Source: a virus (lineage: Duplodnaviria > Caudoviricetes). From it: a stretch of DNA of 51,450 bases. The notes under the pieces are model-generated. The model was given only the letters and a program-made list of their open reading frames with translations, did no database searches and had not been told where the DNA came from. Positions 37,226 to 46,442 of the stretch are shown one piece after another (within the stretch, counting starts at the first letter, position 1; the number at the start of each line of letters is the position of its first letter). The position numbers and the translations under genes are program-made. The stretch is from positions 1-51,450 of the IMG/VR virus record IMGVR_UViG_3300031650_000002. One strand, 5' to 3'.

Positions 37226-38290
37226 CTATTTCACCTCGACAATACTTTTCTTTAACTCGAACCCCTTTGTAAAATTATTATTAATCCAATCCGGTATATG
37301 CTTATATCCCGCTACCGTCTTAGCATTTTCACTTAACCAAGCCTCTGCTCCCTTTGGAATCTTATTAATATAATTAGCCTTAGCAATCTTCCCAGTCTCC
37401 ATATATTCAAGTGAATCTTTTTCGTTTAGCATGATTGAAGTAGTATAACAAATGCAGCCCACGTGCCATTCGTCAAATATAAAACCCTTCGGATATTCCC
37501 CTACCAGATCATCACACATATCAAAAATCGGATGGTCAGCTGATAAATGAACCTCAATTCCTGTCACAAAATCAAGCTGTTGCCGTCTTGTGTAGTCACT
37601 TAATCTATAAGAAACATTCACTTCATTCTTTGTTAACCTTAAAGCATTTTTATAAGAGCTTCTATAAATACCAGCCCCCGGGTGATAGCCTTTGGCTGCC
37701 TTAGATAATATTAATTTCCCCTCTTGCCTTACCCGCCTAAATAATCTATTCGGTTCATTAAGGTATTGCTTAATATCCCTTGCAATACCTGCCGCACTTC
37801 TCCCGGTAGATATCCCACTTGCCAAATATAATTCTATCTGGTCTTTTGCCCCGTTAACTATATTCCAGACCCTATCGCTAATTTTTAATCCTGCTGTAGT
37901 CCTTGTAAGAAATGTATCTAACGCCTCCATATTCAATTGGTTAAACGAGGTCGGTATACCATTTTTAGTCAGCTTAATTCCGTCAGCCCACTTACCCACC
38001 ATCTTATTATTCTTTAGATTTGCCATATCCCATTGACTGACTACGCCGTCACCGATATAGGCCTCGATATCATCACGGAGCTTGCTTAGTATTGTATCTA
38101 TTTGTTTTTCTAAGCCTTTATTGCGTATATAGAAAGAGCCTTGAGAGATTGCTGTCGGGTTCTTTAACTTGAATATAGTAATTCTCTTAGCTAAATCTTT
38201 GGAAGCCTGATTTAATACCGCTTGAATTTTGCGATTGTATGCGATTATGGCTTTTATATGTTTAGCTTCATAATATTCTTCTATGGTCAT
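37226..38290 (-). CDS. minor head protein (SPP1 gp7 / Mu F-like)
   Basis: ISDRVW, ALRLTKNE, CDDLVGEYPK...WHVGCIC. Confidence 0.85.
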   Translation of the reverse strand: MTIEEYYEAKHIKAIIAYNRKIQAVLNQASKDLAKRITIFKLKNPTAISQGSFYIRNKGLEKQIDTILSKLRDDIEAYIGDGVVSQWDMANLKNNKMVGKWADGIKLTKNGIPTSFNQLNMEALDTFLTRTTAGLKISDRVWNIVNGAKDQIELYLASGISTGRSAAGIARDIKQYLNEPNRLFRRVRQEGKLILSKAAKGYHPGAGIYRSSYKNALRLTKNEVNVSYRLSDYTRRQQLDFVTGIEVHLSADHPIFDMCDDLVGEYPKGFIFDEWHVGCICYTTSIMLNEKDSLEYMETGKIAKANYINKIPKGAEAWLSENAKTVAGYKHIPDWINNNFTKGFELKKSIVEVK

Positions 38291-38300
38291 TTATACTTCC

Positions 38301-38945
38301 TCATGTAAATAATAATTCCGGAACGGCACTGATTCGCCTTCGTGCCATCTCGCAATATTCTGGGGATATTTCTATCCCGATATATCTACGATTAAGTTCT
38401 TTACAAGCTACTGCCGTAGTTCCTGAACCGATAAAAGGGTCAAAAACTAAATCGTTTTTATTAGTAGATGATTCTATTATTCTTTCGATAATTGATACTG
38501 GTTTTTGTGTTGGATGATATTTAGGAATTTCTCTTTTAAATTGCCAAACATTAGAATATCTTTTACTTTTTAATTTAAAATTTTCTTTTGGCATAAATGC
38601 TATACATTCATATTGATTCCCAAAATCTCCAAATAAATCACCTGCCGACCAATTATTTTTAACCCACACAATTACATTTTTTACCCTTTTGTCTACCAAC
38701 GGATTCTTTTGTGAATAAAACACGAATAAACTTCCTGTTGGCTTTAAAATACGCCAGCATTCATCTATATCAATAAATAATTTATCGTCATTAATAATTT
38801 TAGAATGAGGATTATTATATTTATAGTGGTTAGATAAATAATTAATTCCATAAGGCGGGTCAGTCACCACCAAATCAATTGAATTATCAGGTATCCCCTT
38901 CATCACTTCAAGACAGTCACCTTGTATTATTTGGTTATATTCCAA
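38301..38945 (-). CDS. beta-class DNA methyltransferase
   Basis: TDPPY, HPTQKP, DPFIGSGTT. Confidence 0.92.
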   Translation of the reverse strand: MEYNQIIQGDCLEVMKGIPDNSIDLVVTDPPYGINYLSNHYKYNNPHSKIINDDKLFIDIDECWRILKPTGSLFVFYSQKNPLVDKRVKNVIVWVKNNWSAGDLFGDFGNQYECIAFMPKENFKLKSKRYSNVWQFKREIPKYHPTQKPVSIIERIIESSTNKNDLVFDPFIGSGTTAVACKELNRRYIGIEISPEYCEMARRRISAVPELLFT

Positions 38946-39714
38946 TCAACTTCCCCTTCTCCAACAAACTCTCATTCTCCTCATCAGCCAACTCCATCAT
39001 CTCCGGCAGGTAACCCTTTACTACCCCCGCCTTAATTAAAAACTTTATATCTTTGCTTAAACATTTCCCGCCTGCTCCCCTGTAGCCATCGAATAAGGGG
39101 TCAAGGTGCATAGGGTTTATATATTTATCCAGTTTGAAAGCCTTGAGTAGCCTGTAATAGTCTGCCCCGTAAGCCTTACAGATATCGTATAGCTCGTTAG
39201 CAAATACTACCTTTACGGTGTATAGGGTATTTAAAGCAACCTTAACCAATTCCGCTTCTACCGGCTTCATCATTAATATTTTCTTCTTATCGATTATAGG
39301 TGAAAATAGATTTTCGAATATCTCAAACGTTTCTACCTTGCGAGTTCCTACAACTATTTTGTAAGGCTTAATTTCGTCTTCTAAAGATGACCTTTCCCTT
39401 AGAAATTCTGGCAAATAGACAAATTCCCTTTCGTATATCGTTGCGAAATTATCAGTCATCCCCGGCATAACAGTAGAACGTATAGCGATTATTCCATTTT
39501 TGTTTTTAAGGGTTGCATAATTTACTGCCTCTTTGACATCTTCAAATTTGCAGTCGGGTTTAGTTGGGACACAAATGAAGATAACTTTGGATCGAGAGAT
39601 AATATTAGAAAATCCTTTGGCAGGGTCGTATCTCTTGACAGTATGGCCTAACCCTTCTAATAGTTCGCTTAAGCTACCGCCTACGACGCCACAGCCAATA
39701 ACGCCTAATTCCAT
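38935..39714 (-). CDS. short UDP-glucose/GDP-mannose dehydrogenase family protein (WbpA-like)
   Basis: GCGVVG, FICVPT, RSTVMPG, PEFLRE, AELVK, GAGGKCLSKD; lacks the C-terminal domain. Confidence 0.85.
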   Translation of the reverse strand: MELGVIGCGVVGGSLSELLEGLGHTVKRYDPAKGFSNIISRSKVIFICVPTKPDCKFEDVKEAVNYATLKNKNGIIAIRSTVMPGMTDNFATIYEREFVYLPEFLRERSSLEDEIKPYKIVVGTRKVETFEIFENLFSPIIDKKKILMMKPVEAELVKVALNTLYTVKVVFANELYDICKAYGADYYRLLKAFKLDKYINPMHLDPLFDGYRGAGGKCLSKDIKFLIKAGVVKGYLPEMMELADEENESLLEKGKLIGI

Positions 39715-39717
39715 TTT

Positions 39718-41127
39718 TTATACCTCAAATGATTCTCCAAGTTTCGCTACCTTGCCTTCCTTTTCTTCCGCCAATCGCTTTATATCCTCTTCAGCATCTT
39801 CGACGAGTAGATTCTGTCTAACTGCCTCATCCCCACTCATAATTGCCTCGCCACCCCTTGCAGTGGATAAAGCATTTATAGTTTCGGTTACATTTTGTGG
39901 TAAGACGTTCCCAAATTTAACTGATATATTTAATTGATCTAAGTTCTGTTTTTCCACCATATCGGTTACACTTATTATTGCCTTTAATAAATTTATTCTC
40001 CTGGCCAGAGCCTCTCCAAATGTTTCCTCTTTGTTTTTCGCTTTTAAGACGGCATCCATGAACATAAATTTTAAGGCTTCACCGGAGGTTTGATCCATAC
40101 CTTTAACGTTATCGAAGGATAAATCGGGTGTAGAGGTCATGGAAAAGATGATATCTTTTAAGGTGTTATATTCTAATTTAATCGCTTCAGGAGCTTGGTC
40201 CCAGGTGAGATATTCGGCGTCCCCGTAATCCGTTTTACCGTCAGCACCTGTCACACCAGTAAATTGTAATAACTTCCCTACTTCTGCCTTATCTGGTGGG
40301 TTGGTTATCTTCCCTTTTATCTTTAACGTAGGTGATCCGAAGTAGTCGTTGGTATCGGCAAATTTACTGATCAGCATTTCACTTCTGTCAATTTCGGTTT
40401 GTACATCTGTCCACTCCGGTTGAGCCTGCTCATAATATATAACCGGGATCTTGCCAAAGTGGTTTTCTTCCTCTGTAACTATCCAGGATTCTTTTTTCGT
40501 TCCTTTAAAGATTTTATCGGCAGTATATATGTCTACATGCCCATAGGTTTTTTCATCTATATCTTCTAATTTGTAACGCCGGGTAAAAGCGTCCATATCT
40601 CCATTCTCGTTAAAATGTGAATATATCTCATCACCATTTTCGCTACATAAGAGAGCTACTTTAATATCTTTTTGAACATATTTATCACCATTTACTCCAT
40701 CTATTACATCATACGCTTTTGTATACCATAACTCCGCTACCTTTGTTTCAATAAATAACCGCCGTGCCAGCTTCCTATTAAAATAATCAAGTTTATTCTT
40801 TTCCCAAACATCCTGAATTAAGGTAAAAGTCTTTTGAAGATTATCCTCTTTGTTAGCTAAAATTAGTTTCACGGCATCACCGAATAAGAATGATACTGCC
40901 ATGTTAACAATCTTCTTTTGATATCGGATAACTAATTTTGCCTGCTCAACACGCTTCTTCTTTGTATCACTACCTACTAACTTAACAGGTCGAAGTAAGA
41001 TATCATGTTCACCTTGATATTGTTTTTCATAGGTTTCAATATCCCGTTCTACCGGGTCTTTACAAAGCACGGTCGTTAATTTAGAGTAATCGTCTTTATA
41101 TTTGTCTAAAATGTCTTTTATATTCAT
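39718..41127 (-). CDS. portal protein, SPP1 type
   Basis: KKIVNMAVSFLFG, FGKIPVIYY, TPDLSF, SGEALKF. Confidence 0.93.
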   Translation of the reverse strand: MNIKDILDKYKDDYSKLTTVLCKDPVERDIETYEKQYQGEHDILLRPVKLVGSDTKKKRVEQAKLVIRYQKKIVNMAVSFLFGDAVKLILANKEDNLQKTFTLIQDVWEKNKLDYFNRKLARRLFIETKVAELWYTKAYDVIDGVNGDKYVQKDIKVALLCSENGDEIYSHFNENGDMDAFTRRYKLEDIDEKTYGHVDIYTADKIFKGTKKESWIVTEEENHFGKIPVIYYEQAQPEWTDVQTEIDRSEMLISKFADTNDYFGSPTLKIKGKITNPPDKAEVGKLLQFTGVTGADGKTDYGDAEYLTWDQAPEAIKLEYNTLKDIIFSMTSTPDLSFDNVKGMDQTSGEALKFMFMDAVLKAKNKEETFGEALARRINLLKAIISVTDMVEKQNLDQLNISVKFGNVLPQNVTETINALSTARGGEAIMSGDEAVRQNLLVEDAEEDIKRLAEEKEGKVAKLGESFEV

Positions 41128-41158
41128 GGTATTGGTCTCCTATCATTTCCTTATATTT

Positions 41159-42415
41159 TTAGAATATTCCCAGACCAGAAGCGGTATAAACCTCTTCTTC
41201 TTCTCCCTCGAAGATCCTGTCATTTAGGGCATACCGAACCTGGTCGATGTAATGGTTGTACTTGTCTACAGGCTCGTTGATGGTCTCCCCGTCTTTATTC
41301 TTTTTCCATTGATATTGTTGAAATTCGTTGATGGCATTTTGACATTGTCTATCTATTACAATTTCAAATTGCCTTAGATACTGAATCCCGAAATTGACAC
41401 TTCCTGGACCCTTTTTGGCTGCCAGTGCTTCTATTCCGTAGCCTCTTAATTCTGCTATGGATTTAGGCTCGTTGTCACATCTGATATATTCTTTGTGTAT
41501 GACCGGTTCAAGTTTTGACGCTATGACATCATTGGTCAGGCCCAGCTCATAGATCATCTCTTCTAAGATGTATAATTTCTTGCCCTTAATTGCCTGTCTG
41601 CCCGCTGCCGTCGGGTCGTTGCTATAGCCGAAGTCAAGGCCGTTATAATAAGTCCCGAAAGTATTCTTAATCTTTGAAAGATCCTCTATGCGCCAGTTAG
41701 TGAAGATCAGGTCGCCTAAGACGCCCCAGTTGCCTAAGGTATAAACATCTCTGTAGTAAGGGTCTTGTTCGTTTTCTAATTCGTCATGATCAGCCTGCTC
41801 TAAAAATTTATTATCTTTGTGAGTCGTTTTTAGAATTGTTAAGCCTTCATCGTGATATTCTGTTTCGCCTTCTATCCAGTTGGTGAAGAATTCTTTAAAT
41901 ATCCAGTGAGAACGCATAATCGGATTAAAACATAATATTATACGCTTCTTAACCCCACCAGCTAAACCCCTTGTCCTTATTTTTAATTGCCTAAAAGCTT
42001 CTTTCTTTGTTTCGGTTGCTTCTTCGACAAGAACATCTGTAATAACGCCCCTCTCAGGTATAATTGATTTAAGTTTTTCGGGGTCATCTAGTCCCCTAAA
42101 AAGTATCTGATATCCATTAATACAGGTTATAGTCATCTCGGATTTATTAATCTTAAATAGCTTGCTTGCACCAAAGTTTAATATAACCTTTTTTATTTCG
42201 TTAAAAACCGAAGCTCTTATTGTATTCGCTGTGTTTCTGATTACAAGATAATTTCTACCACCATTTAAGATATCTATTACACACCTTTGAAAAACAAAAA
42301 CACTTTTGCCTCCCGAAGCTCCACCGAAAAATACTTGTATTCTTGTATCATTTTTTAGATAAGGGATATAGACTGGGTTAAAGATATCTTCATCAATTTT
42401 TATATTACAAATCAT
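41159..42415 (-). CDS. terL: terminase large subunit, PBSX family
   Basis: GGASGGKS, VEEATE, FNP, GLDFGYSND, DKYNHYIDQVRY. Confidence 0.95.
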   Translation of the reverse strand: MICNIKIDEDIFNPVYIPYLKNDTRIQVFFGGASGGKSVFVFQRCVIDILNGGRNYLVIRNTANTIRASVFNEIKKVILNFGASKLFKINKSEMTITCINGYQILFRGLDDPEKLKSIIPERGVITDVLVEEATETKKEAFRQLKIRTRGLAGGVKKRIILCFNPIMRSHWIFKEFFTNWIEGETEYHDEGLTILKTTHKDNKFLEQADHDELENEQDPYYRDVYTLGNWGVLGDLIFTNWRIEDLSKIKNTFGTYYNGLDFGYSNDPTAAGRQAIKGKKLYILEEMIYELGLTNDVIASKLEPVIHKEYIRCDNEPKSIAELRGYGIEALAAKKGPGSVNFGIQYLRQFEIVIDRQCQNAINEFQQYQWKKNKDGETINEPVDKYNHYIDQVRYALNDRIFEGEEEEVYTASGLGIF

Positions 42416-42502
42416 TATTGGTTTCTTTTAATCTATTTCTTTCTTTTTCCCACCTTAGTTTATGTCCATTTATTATATTATTGATAACATATATACCAGA
42501 TA

Positions 42503-42952
42503 TCATTTTTTACCCTCTATGGTTACATGTATTTCTATATCTTTATCTTCGGGAGTCTCGCCCATCAATTTTAAATCAAGGTTGCATAGCTTGTCATAGC
42601 TATTTATAACCTTCTCTAAGTCTTTAACATTGTCTACATCAAGTATGTTGTTATTTTTAAAGTCCTGTATCACTTTATTAAGCATTGCCTTTAGTATCCC
42701 TAATTGTGTTTTTATCTCAGCTCTATAATCAGCTTTAGTATTTACAACAGTTTGGTTTGTTTTCTTCTCGAGAGATTTAGCATTTTCAATATCTCTTAAA
42801 CCTACCCGTTCCTTCCAGTTAAAAGCCTTCGCCCACTTCTTTAGTGATGTCTTTGAAACGGTAAACTTTAGGGCAACTTGCGGGTAACTTCGCTTATCAC
42901 CTAAACTATAATAATATTCAAAGGCTTCTCTATGCCTTAGGGTTTCAATCAT
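42503..42952 (-). CDS. putative terminase small subunit
   Basis: N-terminal HTH (RSYPQVA...KKWAKAFNWKER); directly upstream of TerL. Confidence 0.7.
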   Translation of the reverse strand: MIETLRHREAFEYYYSLGDKRSYPQVALKFTVSKTSLKKWAKAFNWKERVGLRDIENAKSLEKKTNQTVVNTKADYRAEIKTQLGILKAMLNKVIQDFKNNNILDVDNVKDLEKVINSYDKLCNLDLKLMGETPEDKDIEIHVTIEGKK

Positions 42953-42973
42953 ATATTTATCTTCACTGCCTTT

Positions 42974-43219
42974 TTATTTAATTAAATCCAGTTTCTCTAC
43001 TTCCGAATTTACATAATTATCATTTATAATATTATCTTCTATTTCCTCAATCGTAATCTTAAAAGGTTTTTTCCCGTTCATTGCTATTATATTCACTACC
43101 GCTATCAATTCTGATTCGGGAATATCTATTTTTAATCTCGTATTTCTAACCTGCCCACCAATAGCGATAGCTTGTATATCGGGAAAGCTCGCTATAAATT
43201 CAATCTTCTTAATTTCCAT
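42974..43219 (-). CDS. hypothetical protein, first gene after element copy C
   Basis: AGGAAGGAG RBS before MEIKKIEF at 43219. Confidence 0.65.
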   Translation of the reverse strand: MEIKKIEFIASFPDIQAIAIGGQVRNTRLKIDIPESELIAVVNIIAMNGKKPFKITIEEIEDNIINDNYVNSEVEKLDLIK

Positions 43220-43238
43220 AAGCTCCTTCCTTATAAAT

Positions 43239-43299
43239 AAAAAAAGCACCAAATCAAAAAGCATTTCTACTTTCACAACTTGGCGCTCTAAGGCACTCT
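43239..43299 (-). terminator. Com-site/terminator element, copy C, overlapping the Com-like stop codon
   Basis: AGAGTGCC-TTA-GAGCGCC-AAGTTGTGAAAGTAGAAATGCTTTTTGATT-TGGTGC-T7. Confidence 0.85.
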
Positions 43300-43536
43300 A
43301 TCTCTATATTCTTTTCCTAAGCACTTAACAACTACTTTTTCTTCTACTACAGAGGTGACACTGTTATAATTTCCGCATTTATCACATTTGACAATCAGCG
43401 TTTTTGGATTGCCTTTTAAATCGAATCCGGGCTCTCCTATAAAAAACTTATGAAAGCAGAGCCGCCCGTCATCAAATGTTCCCTTACATCGAACCTCTAT
43501 TTTTTTAATAATATCACCTCCAGCGATTATTTTCAA
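43288..43536 (-). CDS. Mu Com-like zinc-finger RNA-binding regulator
   Basis: IEVRC-x9-CxHKFF...LIVKCDKCGNYN resembles the Com pattern IRCxxCxKLLF...IEIRCPRC; its 3' end contains the tandem GAGNNCC site. Confidence 0.7.
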   Translation of the reverse strand: MKIIAGGDIIKKIEVRCKGTFDDGRLCFHKFFIGEPGFDLKGNPKTLIVKCDKCGNYNSVTSVVEEKVVVKCLGKEYRDRVP

Positions 43537-43542
43537 ATTTAT

Positions 43543-43998
43543 TTAATTCAATTTCCACTTTTCGCCAGTCCAAATTTTGTCGTATTCTTCTTTCATTACA
43601 AAGGCAAGCCAGAGTTCATTCATACTATTAAACATTGCCATATATTTATCAAAAGACGGAGAGCTCCTATTTATCCATCTCTGGAATTTTTCTATAATCA
43701 TTCGATAGATAAATGAAGGGTCATTTTGTAAAGCATGTGTTGTGGAATACATTTTAAGAAATATTGGCAATACCATCTCCTGCAACTGCTCTTGCGTGGG
43801 TAGCCAGATAAAATCTTTATATGCCTCTACGCACCGCTGTTTCTTCATTTTATAGAGCCATGTTTGGTTGTTACATGTATATAGTTCTATACTTTTTGCT
43901 TCTTTGCGATAATAATAATTTGGTTCTATTGCAGGATTCCATTCCCTCTGTAAATCCTCATTCTTTTCGCACATCTCAATATAATTTTTAGTTACCAT
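43543..43998 (-). CDS. hypothetical phage protein
   Basis: 151 aa, AGGAGGT RBS, WLPTQEQLQ motif. Confidence 0.7.
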   Translation of the reverse strand: MVTKNYIEMCEKNEDLQREWNPAIEPNYYYRKEAKSIELYTCNNQTWLYKMKKQRCVEAYKDFIWLPTQEQLQEMVLPIFLKMYSTTHALQNDPSFIYRMIIEKFQRWINRSSPSFDKYMAMFNSMNELWLAFVMKEEYDKIWTGEKWKLN

Positions 43999-44015
43999 TC
44001 TCTTTACCTCCTTTA

Positions 44016-44228
44016 TTACTTCACTAAACTTTTTACCATATCATCTAACCTAAAATCTACGATATCCCTTGTTGACCTGCCCTCTGGTCTACACATACAC
44101 CGCTTAACCCTCATTTTATCTTGCAATATCTCTACCTTAAACCTTTTATTGCTGCTGTTATCGTAGGCGTCATTCATGCAGTATAGGATATTTCGTGCAG
44201 TCTGTTCGGTTATATTTAAAGCTATCAT
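44016..44228 (-). CDS. hypothetical protein
   Basis: AAGGAGG RBS; 70 aa. Confidence 0.6.
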   Translation of the reverse strand: MIALNITEQTARNILYCMNDAYDNSSNKRFKVEILQDKMRVKRCMCRPEGRSTRDIVDFRLDDMVKSLVK

Positions 44229-44297
44229 AATTAGCCTCCTTTATATTTTTTTACATAAGTCATTCAAGGCCCCTAAATGATGATATATGCAATACGA

Positions 44298-44654
44298 TCA
44301 CCTCCCCTCTATTGTTATCTCTGTTCTTGGGTTCGCCTTATCTATATGGAAATTGACGATCGGCTGACCGATACAATCGGAATTATCATCTAATATAATC
44401 TGTTGGTCGACTAATGAGTCAAGCCAAGCTATTAAACCACCACCGAGATAATTTTGAATATCACGCTTTCGATTGGTCTTGAAATATATATCAAAAGTAA
44501 TTTTCACATTTTCAGCAAACTCCCCTATATCATCTATTTCATCACTCTTCATAAATTTTATACGTTGTTCACAGATTAGCCAGCCAATCATCTCTTTATA
44601 TATATCTCGCTTACTCCAATATAATTTAATATATTTATTTTTGCTTAATGGCAC
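44298..44654 (-). CDS. RusA-like Holliday junction resolvase
   Basis: PLSKN, RKRDIQNY, LDSL, ILDDN, NPRTEITI. Confidence 0.8.
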   Translation of the reverse strand: MPLSKNKYIKLYWSKRDIYKEMIGWLICEQRIKFMKSDEIDDIGEFAENVKITFDIYFKTNRKRDIQNYLGGGLIAWLDSLVDQQIILDDNSDCIGQPIVNFHIDKANPRTEITIEGR

Positions 44655-44806
44655 TTCGTCTATTATCAGCTTCGTCTTGCTTCACCTCCTCTAATTCCCT
44701 CTCATATAATATCGCCTTATCATCATCTACGCAGTTGTTTAACAAGTCCTCAAGCTCGTAGATTCTGTTTAGCTGACCTATAGTTAACATTATTTTTCCT
44801 CCTTTT

Positions 44807-45172
44807 TTAGCCGATTATCGGCCTACTCAATAAATTATCTACCAGCTTTTGACCCGCCGTGCTATACTTAGATTTAATATATTCAATCTGCTCATTATTT
44901 ATTTTAGTATTCTCTTTTTGCTTCGCTAAAAATGCCTGGCTAAACTGCCGCTTATAATGTTTACCAGGTATCTCATTCTTACGGCGGCTCGTTCCTCGGT
45001 TCTTAGAAGTTATTTTTACACCCCACTTGATTAGCCGTAGATAGATCATGGGATTAGTTACACCGTATAGCTTGGCAATATCTTTTACCGGCATACCCTC
45101 TTTACACTTTGCGGTTATGTTGGCCTGGTTCTCGTCTATATAGGCGGCTATTAAGTGTTTATTTTTAATCAT
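44807..45172 (-). CDS. HTH DNA-binding protein
   Basis: GMPVKDIAKLYGVTNPMIYLRLIKWGV. Confidence 0.65.
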   Translation of the reverse strand: MIKNKHLIAAYIDENQANITAKCKEGMPVKDIAKLYGVTNPMIYLRLIKWGVKITSKNRGTSRRKNEIPGKHYKRQFSQAFLAKQKENTKINNEQIEYIKSKYSTAGQKLVDNLLSRPIIG

Positions 45173-45387
45173 TTCTTATCTCCTTCTCTTAATTCTGTTT
45201 TAACATACCAATCGCCTATATTATTTCGGCAATTCTCACAAGCTACTACAAATCCAGTTATATATTTATTATCGTTTCTATGTGCTACTAAAGTCAGGTT
45301 TTTATTTATTCCACAAAAAACACATTGTAAATTAAAATTTGTATCCTCATTTTTATTACCGAGTATATTTAACTTTGTTTTAGTCAT
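45169..45387 (-). CDS. small zinc-finger protein
   Basis: CVFC and CENC pairs. Confidence 0.55.
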   Translation of the reverse strand: MTKTKLNILGNKNEDTNFNLQCVFCGINKNLTLVAHRNDNKYITGFVVACENCRNNIGDWYVKTELREGDKK

Positions 45388-45727
45388 TTTTTATCTCCTT
45401 CGCCGTTTCCGGCATATTAAACTTGCCTTTTAACATATCACTTAACTTTTTGGCATTAGCTTTGTTTCTTTCTATCTCTTCTTTAGTTAATTCAGGCTCC
45501 GGCTTAAATATATATTTCTCCGGTGTTTCACTTAATTGCTCAAATACATCAGCAGGCCGGGGGAAGTATTTACACTTTCGTAGGCAACTTTTGGTTATGA
45601 CTGTTACCTGACTGTCAGGAATATCCCGGAATATATCAAAATAGATTTTTACCACATAAGGATTTAAGTTTTTTTCATACACTTCACTAAATATTTTCAT
45701 CATTTGATCAAAATTCTTTTTATTCAT
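45380..45727 (-). CDS. putative helicase loader/inhibitor-like protein
   Basis: Overlaps the end of the initiator gene; CKYFPRPADV motif. Confidence 0.6.
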   Translation of the reverse strand: MNKKNFDQMMKIFSEVYEKNLNPYVVKIYFDIFRDIPDSQVTVITKSCLRKCKYFPRPADVFEQLSETPEKYIFKPEPELTKEEIERNKANAKKLSDMLKGKFNMPETAKEIKND

Positions 45728-46436
45728 TTTCTGCTCCTTCTATTTTTAAGGCTTCATCTATACCTATAAATTTATTTTGTTTATTATTATTCTTTCTAAG
45801 TGGGAATACACCTAGCCAGCTATTTTTAATACTTTGATTTAATATTGCTATTTGTGTATCTTTATTATCACTTAATTTATTAAGATCATCAATAATCAAT
45901 TCTTCTGCTCTTTCTGTCATTGGACTTCTTTTCTTTTTCCTCATCTCTTTAAAATCTTTCCAGGCTTTTAAAAAAATATCGCCTTTTTTTTGTATAGTTT
46001 CTTTTGTATAGTTTCTTTTAGTTTCTTTTGTGTTTACCTGTTTGGGGAACTTTTTGTTCCTTATTTGGGGAACTCCAGTTCCTTGTTTGGGGAACTTTTT
46101 ATCCTGATTAGGGAACTTTTTAATAGTTCCCCATTTAGGGAACTTTTCCCATTTTTCAAAGTCCTTCTGAAATCCCAATTTATTACCATTTTTAATAATT
46201 AAGTTTCTATGTATCAATCTTTTTAAAGTTTCACTAACATGACTTTTTGATATTGCAGTCATTTTTACCAATTGGCTGCCAGTAATCCAATCCATTTTTT
46301 TGTGCCAACCATAAGTTTTTCTAAAAATAGCCCACAATATCTGGCTTTCATAACTCGATAAATATGTTTTGGCCAACGCTTCAACTATTTCATTAGCTAA
46401 ATCTACGTGACCATCTTCTCTTTGTGGGTTAGCCAT
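45720..46436 (-). CDS. lambda O-like replication initiator
   Basis: MANPQREDG...ANEIVEAL...IFRKTYGWHKKMDWITGSQL; internal iterons. Confidence 0.9.
   Translation of the reverse strand: MANPQREDGHVDLANEIVEALAKTYLSSYESQILWAIFRKTYGWHKKMDWITGSQLVKMTAISKSHVSETLKRLIHRNLIIKNGNKLGFQKDFEKWEKFPKWGTIKKFPNQDKKFPKQGTGVPQIRNKKFPKQVNTKETKRNYTKETIQKKGDIFLKAWKDFKEMRKKKRSPMTERAEELIIDDLNKLSDNKDTQIAILNQSIKNSWLGVFPLRKNNNKQNKFIGIDEALKIEGAENE
46041..46150. repeat. iteron array, probable replication origin
   Basis: Five copies of TT(T/A)GGG(G)AACT spaced about 22-27 bp inside the initiator gene, next to an AT-rich tract. Confidence 0.8.
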
Positions 46437-46442
46437 TCTACC

